Shown piece after piece: positions 24,925-36,455 of a stretch of 64,000 bases of DNA. The notes beneath the pieces were generated by a model. That model was not told where the DNA came from. It made no database searches and saw nothing but the letters and a program-made list of their open reading frames with translations. Made by a program: the position numbers and the translations under genes. Every line of letters starts with the position of its first letter. The first letter of the stretch is position 1. Location: the NCBI GenBank assembly GCA_965637545.1, contig OZ281497.1, forward strand, positions 24,304,001 through 24,368,000. Reading direction: 5' to 3'. Source of the DNA: Phallusia mammillata (lineage: Eukaryota).

Positions 24925-27900
24925 TGACAACGATCACGAAATTTCCAAACAAGCATTTCAATCAGCGTGTTTAATTTCAGATGCACAATTCACTCAATGC
25001 AAAAAGGCCTACGAATGTGTGAAAAGAGAGTACAAAGTGGGCCTCTTGTTTAATAATATTTCAAACTGTTTTTCTCTCCCCCTTCTTGTGTTTTACGGCA
25101 GTTATTATAACTTCTCAACAAGTAAGTATATTCATGACATTATAAAACCTTAACGTATTAGAATGTACATTGCGTACACGAAAGCATGTCAGAAAATCCT
25201 AAAAAAGAAGAAAAAAGCATTTTTTATCCAGTTCTTGTGTTGTTTAGTGATCTTTTTTGTCCAACTGGTTTAAATTACATAAAGAATAATCGTTATTAGT
25301 TCAAGAAAATTTTGTTAACATTTCGAACACAAGTACTACAGGTATAGCAAAATCGCTGCGAACAAATGTAGAATATGACACAGAGCAGCGGAATACAAGG
25401 ATTGATAACTGAACGACTTTACAAAATTGCAAAAAAACTAATTATGCAACGGGTTGGTAGAAACGTTTGTTTGCTATAGTTGCCTTTAACAAATAACCTT
25501 AGCGTTGAAAGAGTAAAAAACATTGCACCTTAAAAAAGTTATTAAAGACACAACCTTGGTATTACATAGGTGCCCCTGTTTAGGCTTTTAGAATTTGCGT
25601 TGCTCGTCTGCTTCCTGTGACGTTTAACACGATTTTACGCTGCATAGAAAGTTTTAAATACAAGAAGTATGTTGTCAGATAGTTTGGTACGCGCAGTTTC
25701 GTACGATGGTTTTATTTTGTTGTAAGTTGTATACCATTCCTGCCTAAATGCCGCGAAACAGTTAATTTAAATAATCTATATCCATACTAACTTTCTTGAC
25801 TTCAGGCATTAGTTTGTTAGTTTTTAGTTTCTTATGTAGAAAGAAACTTACTTGGCCCATTTTTTTACCACTAGTTTAGTTTACTTTGTCATGTCTACCG
25901 TATTTATGTCTAGATATGCCGCCAATAGTCAAGTATTATTACTTGCAAAACATCAGCTCAACTTACAGTGAAGCAGACAAGTTGTGTTGTAAGACTGGTG
26001 GTCGTTTGGCGAGAATCGATACAAAGGAGGAATTCGGAATTTTTAAGTGCATCTTGTCATCATATACAAACACAACACCCGGCATTTTGCCTTACATAGG
26101 TAAAGTATTACTGATTATGCCCTCCATCTAAATTCTGTAATTTTAGGTAATTTATACCCAGAAAAATCCAAGGTTGTCTTATATACATGTCGTATAACAA
26201 AAATAAACAATTAACCTGAGTCAAACTGCTCTTTCCATTTTTATTCGTTTTGCCTTTGTATGCAGAATTGAAACAAAGTTGTTTGCAGACAAAGGCGGGT
26301 GTAAGCGTTAACATGACAAGCCCTTCATCCAAAAATTTAGCTATTTCTTAGCAAATCTACACATAATGTTTACAAATAAGATTTCTTGCCAACATTTAGT
26401 TGAAATCAGAGTTTAGTGCAACATATCTTGACCAACTTTATGAAATGACAAGTGGTTAATTTCAATAAGTGATAAATCTATTTTTTAACTTTATCTTTAA
26501 CACAAACAATTCGCTTGCGCTGAAGTCTCAACTGGGAAGTCCTATGTGACTTTAGGACTTCCCACCATTAAATGTGCAACTTTTGCTATGTCAGGCGTCA
26601 GAAAATACGGAAGTACCTATCGTTGGTCGGATGGCACACCAGCAGCTGCACAAGTTTTGTCTGTGTTTAATCAAAGCCCAGCCGCTCCACCGTGCATAAC
26701 GCTGTCAACCAATGGATCTTTATACAACGTAAACTGCAATCTTACGCTTCCACACTTCTGTTATAGAAACGGTGAGTGGAATTTTTAGTGTCAAAAAACG
26801 CAAAGTTTTGACGTAATATGACAACACGTTATATTGACGTCATATCTTAAACCCACTTGACCTTTTATTGTTTACGTTTTAGTACGGATAGGTGACGCAC
26901 ACAATGACGTCACTAAGGCATCACACTATTTTTTCATCACTGAACGTAAACTTGAGGCTAACGAACTGACAAACGCAAAATGCATAAATTTAGTACATGA
27001 CATTTATTCAAAAATACATTTGCGTATGTTAATCGATGACGTAGTTATGGCGTGTGTAAAGATCACCACACCAACTAATTACTAAGCCAAGCGTTGACTA
27101 CCATTTATCAAAAAAGTCTTGTCAGGGGTTTATTACTGTTTACGTTTTATCCAAAATAGACCAAGCAACAACAATATAGGTTTACATGCATGAAAACAAC
27201 ATGCTTTAACTCTTTTTTATTTTGTGACAGTTACAAAAAACTCGATCGATAGGGCAGTATGTCAAGTTCCAACCAACGGCACACAATCTCCTAACAACAC
27301 TACTCTGGCAAATTCTGCAATCATCCAGGAAATATGCAATGTTTCAGCGTCCTTATGTTCGTCTGCAAGCCAATCTAAAGAGGTCAAAATATTGCTCATA
27401 ACTAAAAACCAAACTACAACACAAATAATTGCACAGTCTGGCAGTTCGAGGGTATATTCAGTCGGCAATCAAGGCAACAATACGGCTACGGTATTATTTA
27501 CAACAGTTAAGGTGCCAAACCTTGTTCCATTCTCTCATACAATCATCAGAGTGGAAAACAAGACACGGCCAAGCACACAATTGTTAGTAGGTCTGCCTCT
27601 TCAGTCTTTGATCACAATCAATGTAAAAACGTCAGTACCTGTGAACTACTCCATCAAGGTGGACAGCAGAACATGTAATTTGACTGGGACGGCTTTGGAC
27701 GCCAGAACAGTGGGTGTAAAAGTGAGGATAACTAATGCAAAGATGCTGTGCGTTTATCTTGACCCCAACACAAAACAGTAAGTTTGTCTTTGCGTTGTTG
27801 CAAAAACCGTTGTTCTAGTAGCTGCGAATATTTTTTGTGGCTAATGTACAAAGATATCATATACATAACGTTTCGTTCTAGTTTGTTCCAAATCCCTTTT

Positions 27901-29983
27901 CAGATATTTTGAACGTAAACCAAAAATATAGTTTACTAAAAACGAATGTTAAGGAAATGTATTGTGCTAGACATCGTCTTCAGTATTGCGGCAAGCAAAT
28001 GACCATAAAGCCCTTAAATTGTTATGTAGTTTTTGTATTAAGAAATCGTCAGATTTGAAACACTTTGGTTTGTGGTTTTCCATCGTTTGGTGTTTATAAA
28101 CACTGTAAATATCAAAAGAATAGAGATTAGTTTCCATTTTTATATATCTTAGCTGCTTTTTTGTACAAGCTGTAGTCAATTACCAAGTTTCTATGTTTCT
28201 TGTAAAGGTTTTCCACATACGGGATGACGTCAATAAATCCTACGTCAAAGAACTACGTATGTTTGTCAAATCACAGTACAATATTCGCTGCAATGTTACT
28301 CATCGATACAGTTATTGTTCCTCCAGAAATAGAGGTCAGTTTTTACACTTTTTTTCAACGAATCCTTGGCCGTTTATTAATGGAAAAAAAGCTATGTGCA
28401 TGTTATAACTCTGTCAGTACTTTTAGAGTTAGACTATTGAGTGATCAGTAACTTTAGCTTTTTTAAAATATCCGTTTTGTTTATTACAGATTTTATCATA
28501 TGTCATGACCTTAATCAGTCTTGTTTCACTTGTACTGGCGTTCGCCATACTGATGCTGGTACGCAAAAGACTGCGATCGACACGGACCGTTGTGCAAATA
28601 AGCCTTTGTGTAGCCTTATTTGGTCTTCACTTTTTCATTCTAATCAGCGAGATTGCTTTGAACTCCAAATCAGCGTGTGAAGCTGTAGCTGTTATTATTC
28701 ACTACTTTCTACTGTGTTCAGGTATTTGCTTATGGACATTTATTTTGAACCCAAAGGGCTTAGGTTGTAGGCAAAAACCATAAAATTGTGTTCAAAAATC
28801 TTCCAAAATTGGAATCCACCGTCGTCATATAACCCTAAAACATAATATGAAAGTTGCACTTGCAAAGGATGGTAATAGTTTTGCAGGACATTTAGAAGTC
28901 TTTTTTTATTAATCAATAAGTAGTCATAATGAAAAGACCTATGGCTGTCTGCGATCCTGTATCCAATATTGTTTTAGATTTGTGTCCACGGTTTCAAATA
29001 ATATGCATCAATGAAACAACAGTGGTAAATCTCTTTTTTAGCGACTTGGATGTTATTGGAAGGTGTCACTTTGTCAAGAAAAACGTTTATCGATTCTATG
29101 AACTCGGCAAACCCACGTAAGGAACGAAACATCAAACTTGCAGTGGGATGGATCTTACCTGCATTCGTAGTAACCATATTCGCCTTGATCGGGTTTCTCA
29201 CTGGGACTTACATGGATTCCAACCCAGCTCTGTTAGATGGACTCTCAGATGTCAATCCCTACTCGCAATGTTGGATCAAGAAAAACTCGTGGCTGCTCGT
29301 AGCAGGGGTGGTTTTTAGCCTCGCTGTGGTCCTGTTCGCCAACTTGATGATCACGATACGAGTTGGAATGTTCGTTTACGAGATGAGCAGGAAAGCTGAG
29401 GATTTCAAACCGACGGCAGATCGACGGGGTGCCGATTCAAATGCAGTGCAGGCAAAGCTGGTTCACGCAAAAGCGAGCCTCAGAGCTATTTTAATGCTTT
29501 TGCCTGTTCTTGGGATTCCTTGGGTGTTTTTGCTCATACAAGGTAAGGAGAAAACGCCCGCCATTATATTGAGGCTGGTTCTTTCAAAAAATGTCTCAGT
29601 GTCTGGATAGGTGGTTTTTCAAGCGAGAAAGGCAAATATGCCAAAAATTCAGCCTGAAAGTTGATCAAAATGCCATAAAACCACTTTCAAATTTGCAATG
29701 TGCTTTGATTTTTTTTTTGTGTCATAGACATACATGTTTGTAACAAAGTTTCGCAATGAATTGTTTGAATTTTGTAAGGTCGCAAAAATAACGATGTAAT
29801 ATGACATTTTAAATGTTTACAGTGAACGATCCAGTTCTGATGTTTATTAACGTGGTACTGAACGGACTTCAGGGATTCTTTATCTTTGTCATCTACTGTG
29901 TCCTGAGCAACGAAGTCAGAAAAAGTCTGAAAGATTACTGGAAAAGAAGCACAGTCTCAGAATCATTTTCTTCGAGATGGTAA
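24925..29983 (+). CDS. Adhesion GPCR: C-type lectin domain + GAIN/GPS + secretin-like 7TM; 5' end unresolved
   Basis: Phase-consistent exons 25914-26099 and 26595-26771 (CTL: YSEADKLCCKTGGRLARI...RWSDG...CITL...NC..PHFC), 27231-27777, 28208-28334 (CVYL...NHSTIFAAM), 28490-28721, 29042-29542, 29823-29983 (TAA). 7TM motifs HYFLLCSATWMLLEG, QCWI, LLPVLGIPW, NGLQGFFIFVIYC. Exon 24925-25121 fits by phase but is tentative; no convincing signal-peptide exon found. Confidence 0.9.
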
Positions 29984-31475
29984 AATGCTACACTCGTTCC
30001 TCGAGTTATTTCATGCAATACTGCCGTACGAGGACTTCGATGACGTCATGCAATGGTTGTGAATGCGTCATGGACCGTTTGCTTATGTTTTTCAGGATAG
30101 CCAGATATTTTTGTTGTGTCGCAGCATGGCATGTTGCTGGTTTTAAATATTATATTTTTTTTAGATAGTTCGTGAGGTAAAGACTCACATGTTACGATTA
30201 ACACATTAAGGTACTGGAATAATTTAAATACGTAACAAGTTGAGTTTTATGCAACACACCTTGATGGTGTTTAAATACACAAAAATAGGTTAAACTCATT
30301 TTGAAATAGCAATTGATAGTGTTATGTTTTTCTTTTTTATCATGGTTATTTTACTGTGACTCTTTTGTACCTTTACTTCTAAATTAGAGTTAAGCGATAT
30401 GTTATTGTAAAAAATATTTTTTGTTAACAAATTTTCAATATTTATTTTGCCACTAATGTAGCCTTAATAGTTTAGGCAAGTGAAAAAATACAGTTGCAAT
30501 TGTGCAGGACTTAAAAACGCTGAAAATATTGTCCAAAACCTTTTCCCTCTCTATATTTAACCAATTTAAGCCATTTTTAACACAAAACGAACGTAACTGT
30601 CAAGATATCTGGTGGAACTAATTGGAACTCAAAAAAGGAGAAGCAATTAGGAGAAATGTTCATTTTGACATAAAATTAACCGCGCAACACAAAGTTAGCG
30701 TTTGTAACGATAGGTTTGTGCCTACAATTATAATACAAAAGATTTCACAGGCTTCCGGCATCGTGCATTAAATACTATACGTCACTCTATTGACGCAATC
30801 GTCAGGGTAACGGTTTTAACTATATATGCGACCTTCTAAAACGTATAGAAGAATTACCGGTGGTTGCTCGGTAGCGTGTTCATAAAAGCGTAAAATTACA
30901 GCTTCCATGGATAGGGCAAGGATGAAATTAGAAATAAGTGGGGTGCGTTACCAACAACATCAACGGCACCACAAAAAAGCAATGACGACACAAGGGAAAT
31001 TTCTAATGCTGAACATAATTGGGGTTTACGGATCAATGCTTTGACTTTCCGCCGAGAATCTTCAAGAAAATATTTTTTTAGAAGTTCTTAGGTTGGGTTA
31101 CAACTATGGGGTTCGATGGTTTGAGTTCAGTTGTGTTAGCGCACGGCTACGGTGGATTTGTAGACAAGAGTTTCTGAGTTGTTTGAAAACTTTATTTTAA
31201 TATACATCATAACATTTCGATGCAAGCTGTTGATACTGTTTGCGTAAAATATATGATTTGTTCAATAACTGTTTGGATCCTTTAGATTTCAAATAGGTTT
31301 ATTTCGATTTATATTTTTGGGTGATTTAGTTTTAGATGAAGTTTATAATCAAACGTCAAACGTAAAAACATTTTATTTTTATTGCCAAGGATTAGCCCAA
31401 ACTTGTTTGTGAATCGAACAATTATAGTGAAAAATTATTTCACCAAGCGACTTTTAGAAAAACAAACACAACAAT

Positions 31476-34366
31476 ATGAAGCTGATTCACTTTTCTGTTT
31501 TCGTCTGCTTGTTTGTCACACTTCAGTCACTTGATGTGAAGGGTAAGTACATGTGTATTTTATTTACTGTTTTTTTACTCCCTATTCAATGTTTAGTATT
31601 TAATTGTTGTCTACCATGTTTCTAAATTTCCAAATTTTCCTATTTTTTTACCGATTATGCACTTTGGCTCATACTTATTCGATTCTCGAAAAAAATAAAA
31701 ATGGTTTATAAACACAAAACCTTATTGGAATTTATTTATATATTTAAACCTTTATCACTTTATCACATAAATAATTGTGTAGAACAGAGGTGTCCAACTC
31801 GAACACACCGCCGTGCCAATTTTGGTTTCAAAATATACTCGCGTGCCAGCCTTTGGTACTTTTTCCAAACCATGTTTTAAACGTCTTAACGGCACGGGCA
31901 CAATCCGAATATTTGGCCAATATGTAGAACCCTACTAAACGGTTAGAAAAAAATGGGGCACTGGAGTACTTTGTGTGCGTCAAAAACTTATCTTTGTTCA
32001 AGTTACGTCGGTTTAAAATGTTTTTCCAACTAAACACAAATGCGTTTGTAATTACGTAATTAATTGAACAGACATCGGTTGAAACGCAACAATTACAATT
32101 GTTTCGAAATAAACCGGCATTTTATTGCGACATAAACATGGCACGTTCACTAACGTTTTAGTATTATGTGGCGCAATAACTTTCTGAAATAAAAATAATT
32201 ATAATTTTTTAGTTAATACATTTCATGGGCCAACATTAAACAATGCAAGGGGTTTATAGCCGCTTTTAGGTATCGGCGTTATTGATCAAAAGTCGCACCC
32301 CTGGCATTTTTTGAAGCTCTACGCTTATGGCAAGGAGGCTTTAAATTTTGTCAAAAACGAACAATTTAATTAGTGGGTTGTGTAACTTTACCACTGGTAA
32401 TCTTTACAGAGGTTAGAATAAAGACCAAGAAGAATCAATAGAAACAAATTTAATTGAGTGACAAATGTTTACTATCTGAATGTGCAAAAGCTCGCGTGCC
32501 ATTTTTAAATGCTCTGCGTGCCACTTTTGGCACGCGTGCCACGTGTTGGACACCCCTGGTGTAGAATATAGTTCAAATTTCGTATTTTTTTGCCAAGTTT
32601 TGTTACCGCAGTATTGCATGTAAGCTTAGGGGGGTTATTTCCAGTTATGTAAACTTGTTTATCATAATTGCTGACGTGTTTTATCAGGTTCAGAGGCGGC
32701 CCCCGAAAAGCTGTTGGACAAGGTAATGAATGGGTATGACCCAACATTGGGTGATAAAGTGAACGGGGAAATGAAAGCAGAAGCGCCGAAGCCTGTCAAA
32801 GTTTCATTCCCTGGTTTCGGACCCGGTTCCTTTTCAGGATCAGGTGGTGGTGAACCGGATGAAAAAGGTGAGTTCGGAGTCTTTTTTGTTACGTTACTGA
32901 ATAGCGATACCGAGTACAGTAATATAAATGGTAGCAGATGAGCACGTAGGAGGTATAAACTAAATTTGCAAAAAGGAACTACTTTTTAGAATTCATGTTA
33001 TTTTATTTTTGTCATAAAAACCTCACCGCCCAAATAACCCTAAACGTTAGCGTCACCTACCGGTATTTAACTGTGTCTGGTGAAAGTTCTGATGTATAGT
33101 AGCGCTACCTCTACCAGCACTACCACCGGCACCAGACTTAAGCATAGCCAAAAAAAAGTCCCTGCAACGTATTGCTTTATAGAAACAAAGTAGTTGCAGC
33201 GCGTTCAATATCTATCCACCAATCGAGCCATCGACTTTTTGCGCTTCATAACGTATCAACGTTGCGCAATCATTTCTGGCTTGCTGACCTTAATTACCTC
33301 AATTTTGATGCTACGATTTTATACACCGAAGCAAATAAACTTTACTTAACTCACTTAATTCTTTAACACTCAAACCTAATAGTTTGATATTTTTAGTATA
33401 GATGCGTTTATTCGTTTTCTTTGCCAACCAACTCAACTTATTTTAAATTTAAGCACAAACGGCTATCGATTTAGAATAAATTTAGTTTTACTAATAGAAG
33501 CAGATTTGAACTAAATCAGAACGGTTTACAAATGGCCTATAGGCTTGTATTTTCAAGTCGAAGTTATTTATCACTACAGCAATATTCGCTTAGTCCAGTG
33601 GTTCCCAAACTTTTTCATATTTTTTTCAAAACGGTCCCTTTGCCATTATTTCGAGGGCTCGCGGTCCTTAAGCCTAAATGTGTATGTCATAAAAACGAAA
33701 GTTGATTGCAGGATTTTAGCTAGTTAGCTAGTTATAGTATAAAATTGCGCATAACAATTATCCAAAGACAGCATGCGAAATCACAACAGGACAAAAACAT
33801 TACGATTGTGCGCGAACAATTGCATTTTTGATAGTTGTCATTCAATAAAGGCCATCGTTTAGCAATGGAGACAGTCGATTCTCAAGTCTACTTTGATTTA
33901 AACTTATTTAGTGGCACAAACTGACGCCAAATAAGGTTATAGAATGACTTCAACCGCTTCGCGGTCCCCCCAAAATTGCCTCACGGACCCCTAAAGGACC
34001 GCGGACCCCAGTTTGGGAACCGCTGGCTTAGTCTATGCCTAATTAACGTTGTCAAAAACTCTGGCCGTTTCAAATGGTGCTGGTTTACCGGTTCTCGCCT
34101 GTTCGTTGTCTTGCACCGTTGACCGTTTAACTGGGCATTTCAGTAAATTTAACAAATTTCTTTCTTTTACAGATTGCTCTTGCACTCAAGAATACAAAAA
34201 GTTGATGGGAAAATGGCGTGAGTCGTTCTATGAGTACCAGCACGCTTTCTACCTGTGGAAAACTGGACAGCCCTACTCTCCCAAAGAGCCAGATTACTAT
34301 GGAAGTGGAGGGGAGGGCTCCGGCTACAGTTACAAGGAGAAACCTAAATACGATGGATATCCCTAA
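31476..34366 (+). CDS. Secreted 146-aa protein of unknown family, with Gly/Ser-rich linker and Tyr/Lys-rich C-terminus
   Basis: Exons 31476-31542 (signal peptide MKLIHFSVFVCLFVTLQSLDVK), 32688-32867 and 34173-34366, all phase 1 with strong GT-AG sites. 441-nt ORF; aataaa at ~34422. Confidence 0.85.
31785..32558. mobile_element. hAT (Buster-type) MITE, 774 bp
   Basis: TIRs cagaggtgtccaac / gttggacacccctg; perfect TSD gtgtagaa. Confidence 0.9.
33596..34025. mobile_element. hAT (Buster-type) MITE, 430 bp
   Basis: TIRs cagtggttcccaaac / gtttgggaaccgctg; perfect TSD gcttagtc. Confidence 0.92.
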
Positions 34367-35235
34367 TTTCATTGACAAAAACCCGGAAAACATGTAGCCA
34401 AACTAGTTTTTTTGCACATTGAATAAAACTTCTTATATAGTGTCGAAATTTTATTTATTAAGGTGTAAAATAAATCGGGTGTGTAAAATGAAATTAGATA
34501 GTTGTAGAGTTAAATAAATTACCTCGAAAACGACTTTGTGTTAAGTTTTATTGTTTGAAGAGTTCTTATAATTGACAGTAAATCTATAATCGCATTACAC
34601 ATAACATTTTGTAACTGTTAAGCAGATCATACTCTGGCACTTTGGTTATCTATTCAAGGCACTTTTTATGTTGTATCTTGTACGGCCTGTTCTGTTAAGT
34701 TCCATGTAGCCCGAGCACTGCTTGTGTTAGCATAGACTGTGTTGTGTTCTAATATAAAATTTCAATACTTGATCATCCCGGCGATAAACAAATTTTAGTT
34801 TAAGGGTAGATTTTGGAAAAATACTTGACAATTACTCCCTAATGCGTTTGCCGCATTTATTACCTGAATATTTCAAAGCACTTATCTGTTGCTGTGGCAA
34901 GACTTATTGTGCTGTTTATGATGGTACTGGCTGTATCAATGCTTGACAAATAAACGGCTTGTGCCTTATCTATCAATTTATAAAAAATAGTTACAAAAAG
35001 AGATACGTTTGTATATAGCGTTTTAATTTGCTTTGTGTCTAAGCATGATATTTGCTTTCAAGTAATGTTTTTAAGTCGGAAAACAAAAAACGCACATTAT
35101 CATAAATATTGTCATGTTTCTTAAAATTTATCAGTTATCACACATTAAGCTAAAAGATATAACTTTTGAAAACGTTTGGGCAAATTGGGTAACTTCACCA
35201 CAGTAGCAGTAGAGCAAAGTCACCAGCAGGCAAGT

Positions 35236-35663
35236 CAGAGTTGCAAGTCGGGCCGGGCTTTTCGGGCCGGGTTCGGGTTCGGGCCGGGTTCGGGCCGGGT
35301 TCGGGCTTAGGTATTTGTGAGAAAACGGGCTTAAAACGGACCTGACTTTACGTTCCGTGTCCGCCATTTTTTTAAATAAAATCACTCAGCTAAGTAACAA
35401 GTCTCTGGCTTTGACCTAATGCCCACCCTACTCTAAAAAATATTGTTTACGCCATTGTCTACTATTGTTCATTGTGTTTGTTGTCTTTCTCTTTTTTCTT
35501 TCTCATCCTTTGTTGCGAGGCTTTCATGGATAGGCCTGTTAATCAAAATTTCTCGCCTAAACGGGCTTCTCAAAAACGTTTCGGGTTCGGGCCGGGCTTC
35601 GGGCTTATACTTTCGGGTTCGGGCCGGGTTCGGGCTCAGATTTTGGGCCCGCTTGCAACTCTG
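35236..35663. mobile_element. hAT MITE (Ac-type, tentative), 428 bp, with GC-rich subterminal hexamer repeats
   Basis: TIRs cagagttgcaag / cttgcaactctg; perfect 8-bp TSD aggcaagt (no central TA); (cgggtt/cgggcc)n at both ends. Confidence 0.9.
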
Positions 35664-35918
35664 AGGCAAGTCGTATATTTGCAAACCCACAGCGGCCTAA
35701 CGGCAGGCTTTTACAACGTACCTTTAATCGAAAGTCAACACGACGCCAATTGTCTGCTACACTACTTCCAAACCAGACCTGCCATAACACGCAACCTGTA
35801 CACAGTGACTTTCAAAAGACTTTGCTGCTGTACGTCTTTTAGCAACGCTTTTGTATTTTACAAGAGAAGTTTATGAAAATGGTCGTAAAATTATTTAAAA
35901 AAATTTACATTGTAAATG

Positions 35919-36172
35919 CAGGGCTCTTAACCCTGAGTACACGTGTCTCTGTACCTCTATATTACTAAGCACCAAAGCAGGCAATACGATATAGGATGTT
36001 AAAACAAATGTTCTTCCATTACAATTTAGTACATTTTTATCAAACATCAAACATCTGAAAATGCTTATAAAAGGTTGTCAATTTTACTTCAGAATTTCAT
36101 GTTTTGTACTTTCAAGGATTTATCTCGGTCAGATTAAAAGTTACGACGGAAAAAAATGGTTAAGAACCACTG
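35919..36172. mobile_element. Degenerate hAT MITE
   Basis: Right TIR ggttaagaaccactg is intact, left cagggctcttaacc is degenerate, TSD not recoverable. Confidence 0.5.
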
Positions 36173-36455
36173 GTTTAAGGCAGGTGAACAGAAAACATGT
36201 CCATAAAAGTTGACCCAATTAGGAAGCGCGAAGCATAATTGCACAGTGCGGATTTATGTATGGAAGGGGGGAACATATTGATTCCTTAACTCGTCCTCTA
36301 GTTAATCAGTAACCTAGAGGTGATAGCGGTAGAGAAAAAGGATCGTTAGGAGAGCAAAGCTTTGTGGCTTGTCAGTGCTGTACAGCAGATACTTAACAGC
36401 CTGTCGTTGTGTTACATGCAGTTGCGGTTTTTAATCATATTTTCTGACCTTCAAA

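Noticed and set aside
35443-35876. Overlapping ORFs with RFGFGPG / PEARPEPE repeats
   Set aside because: Products of the GC-rich subterminal hexamers of the MITE at 35236-35663.
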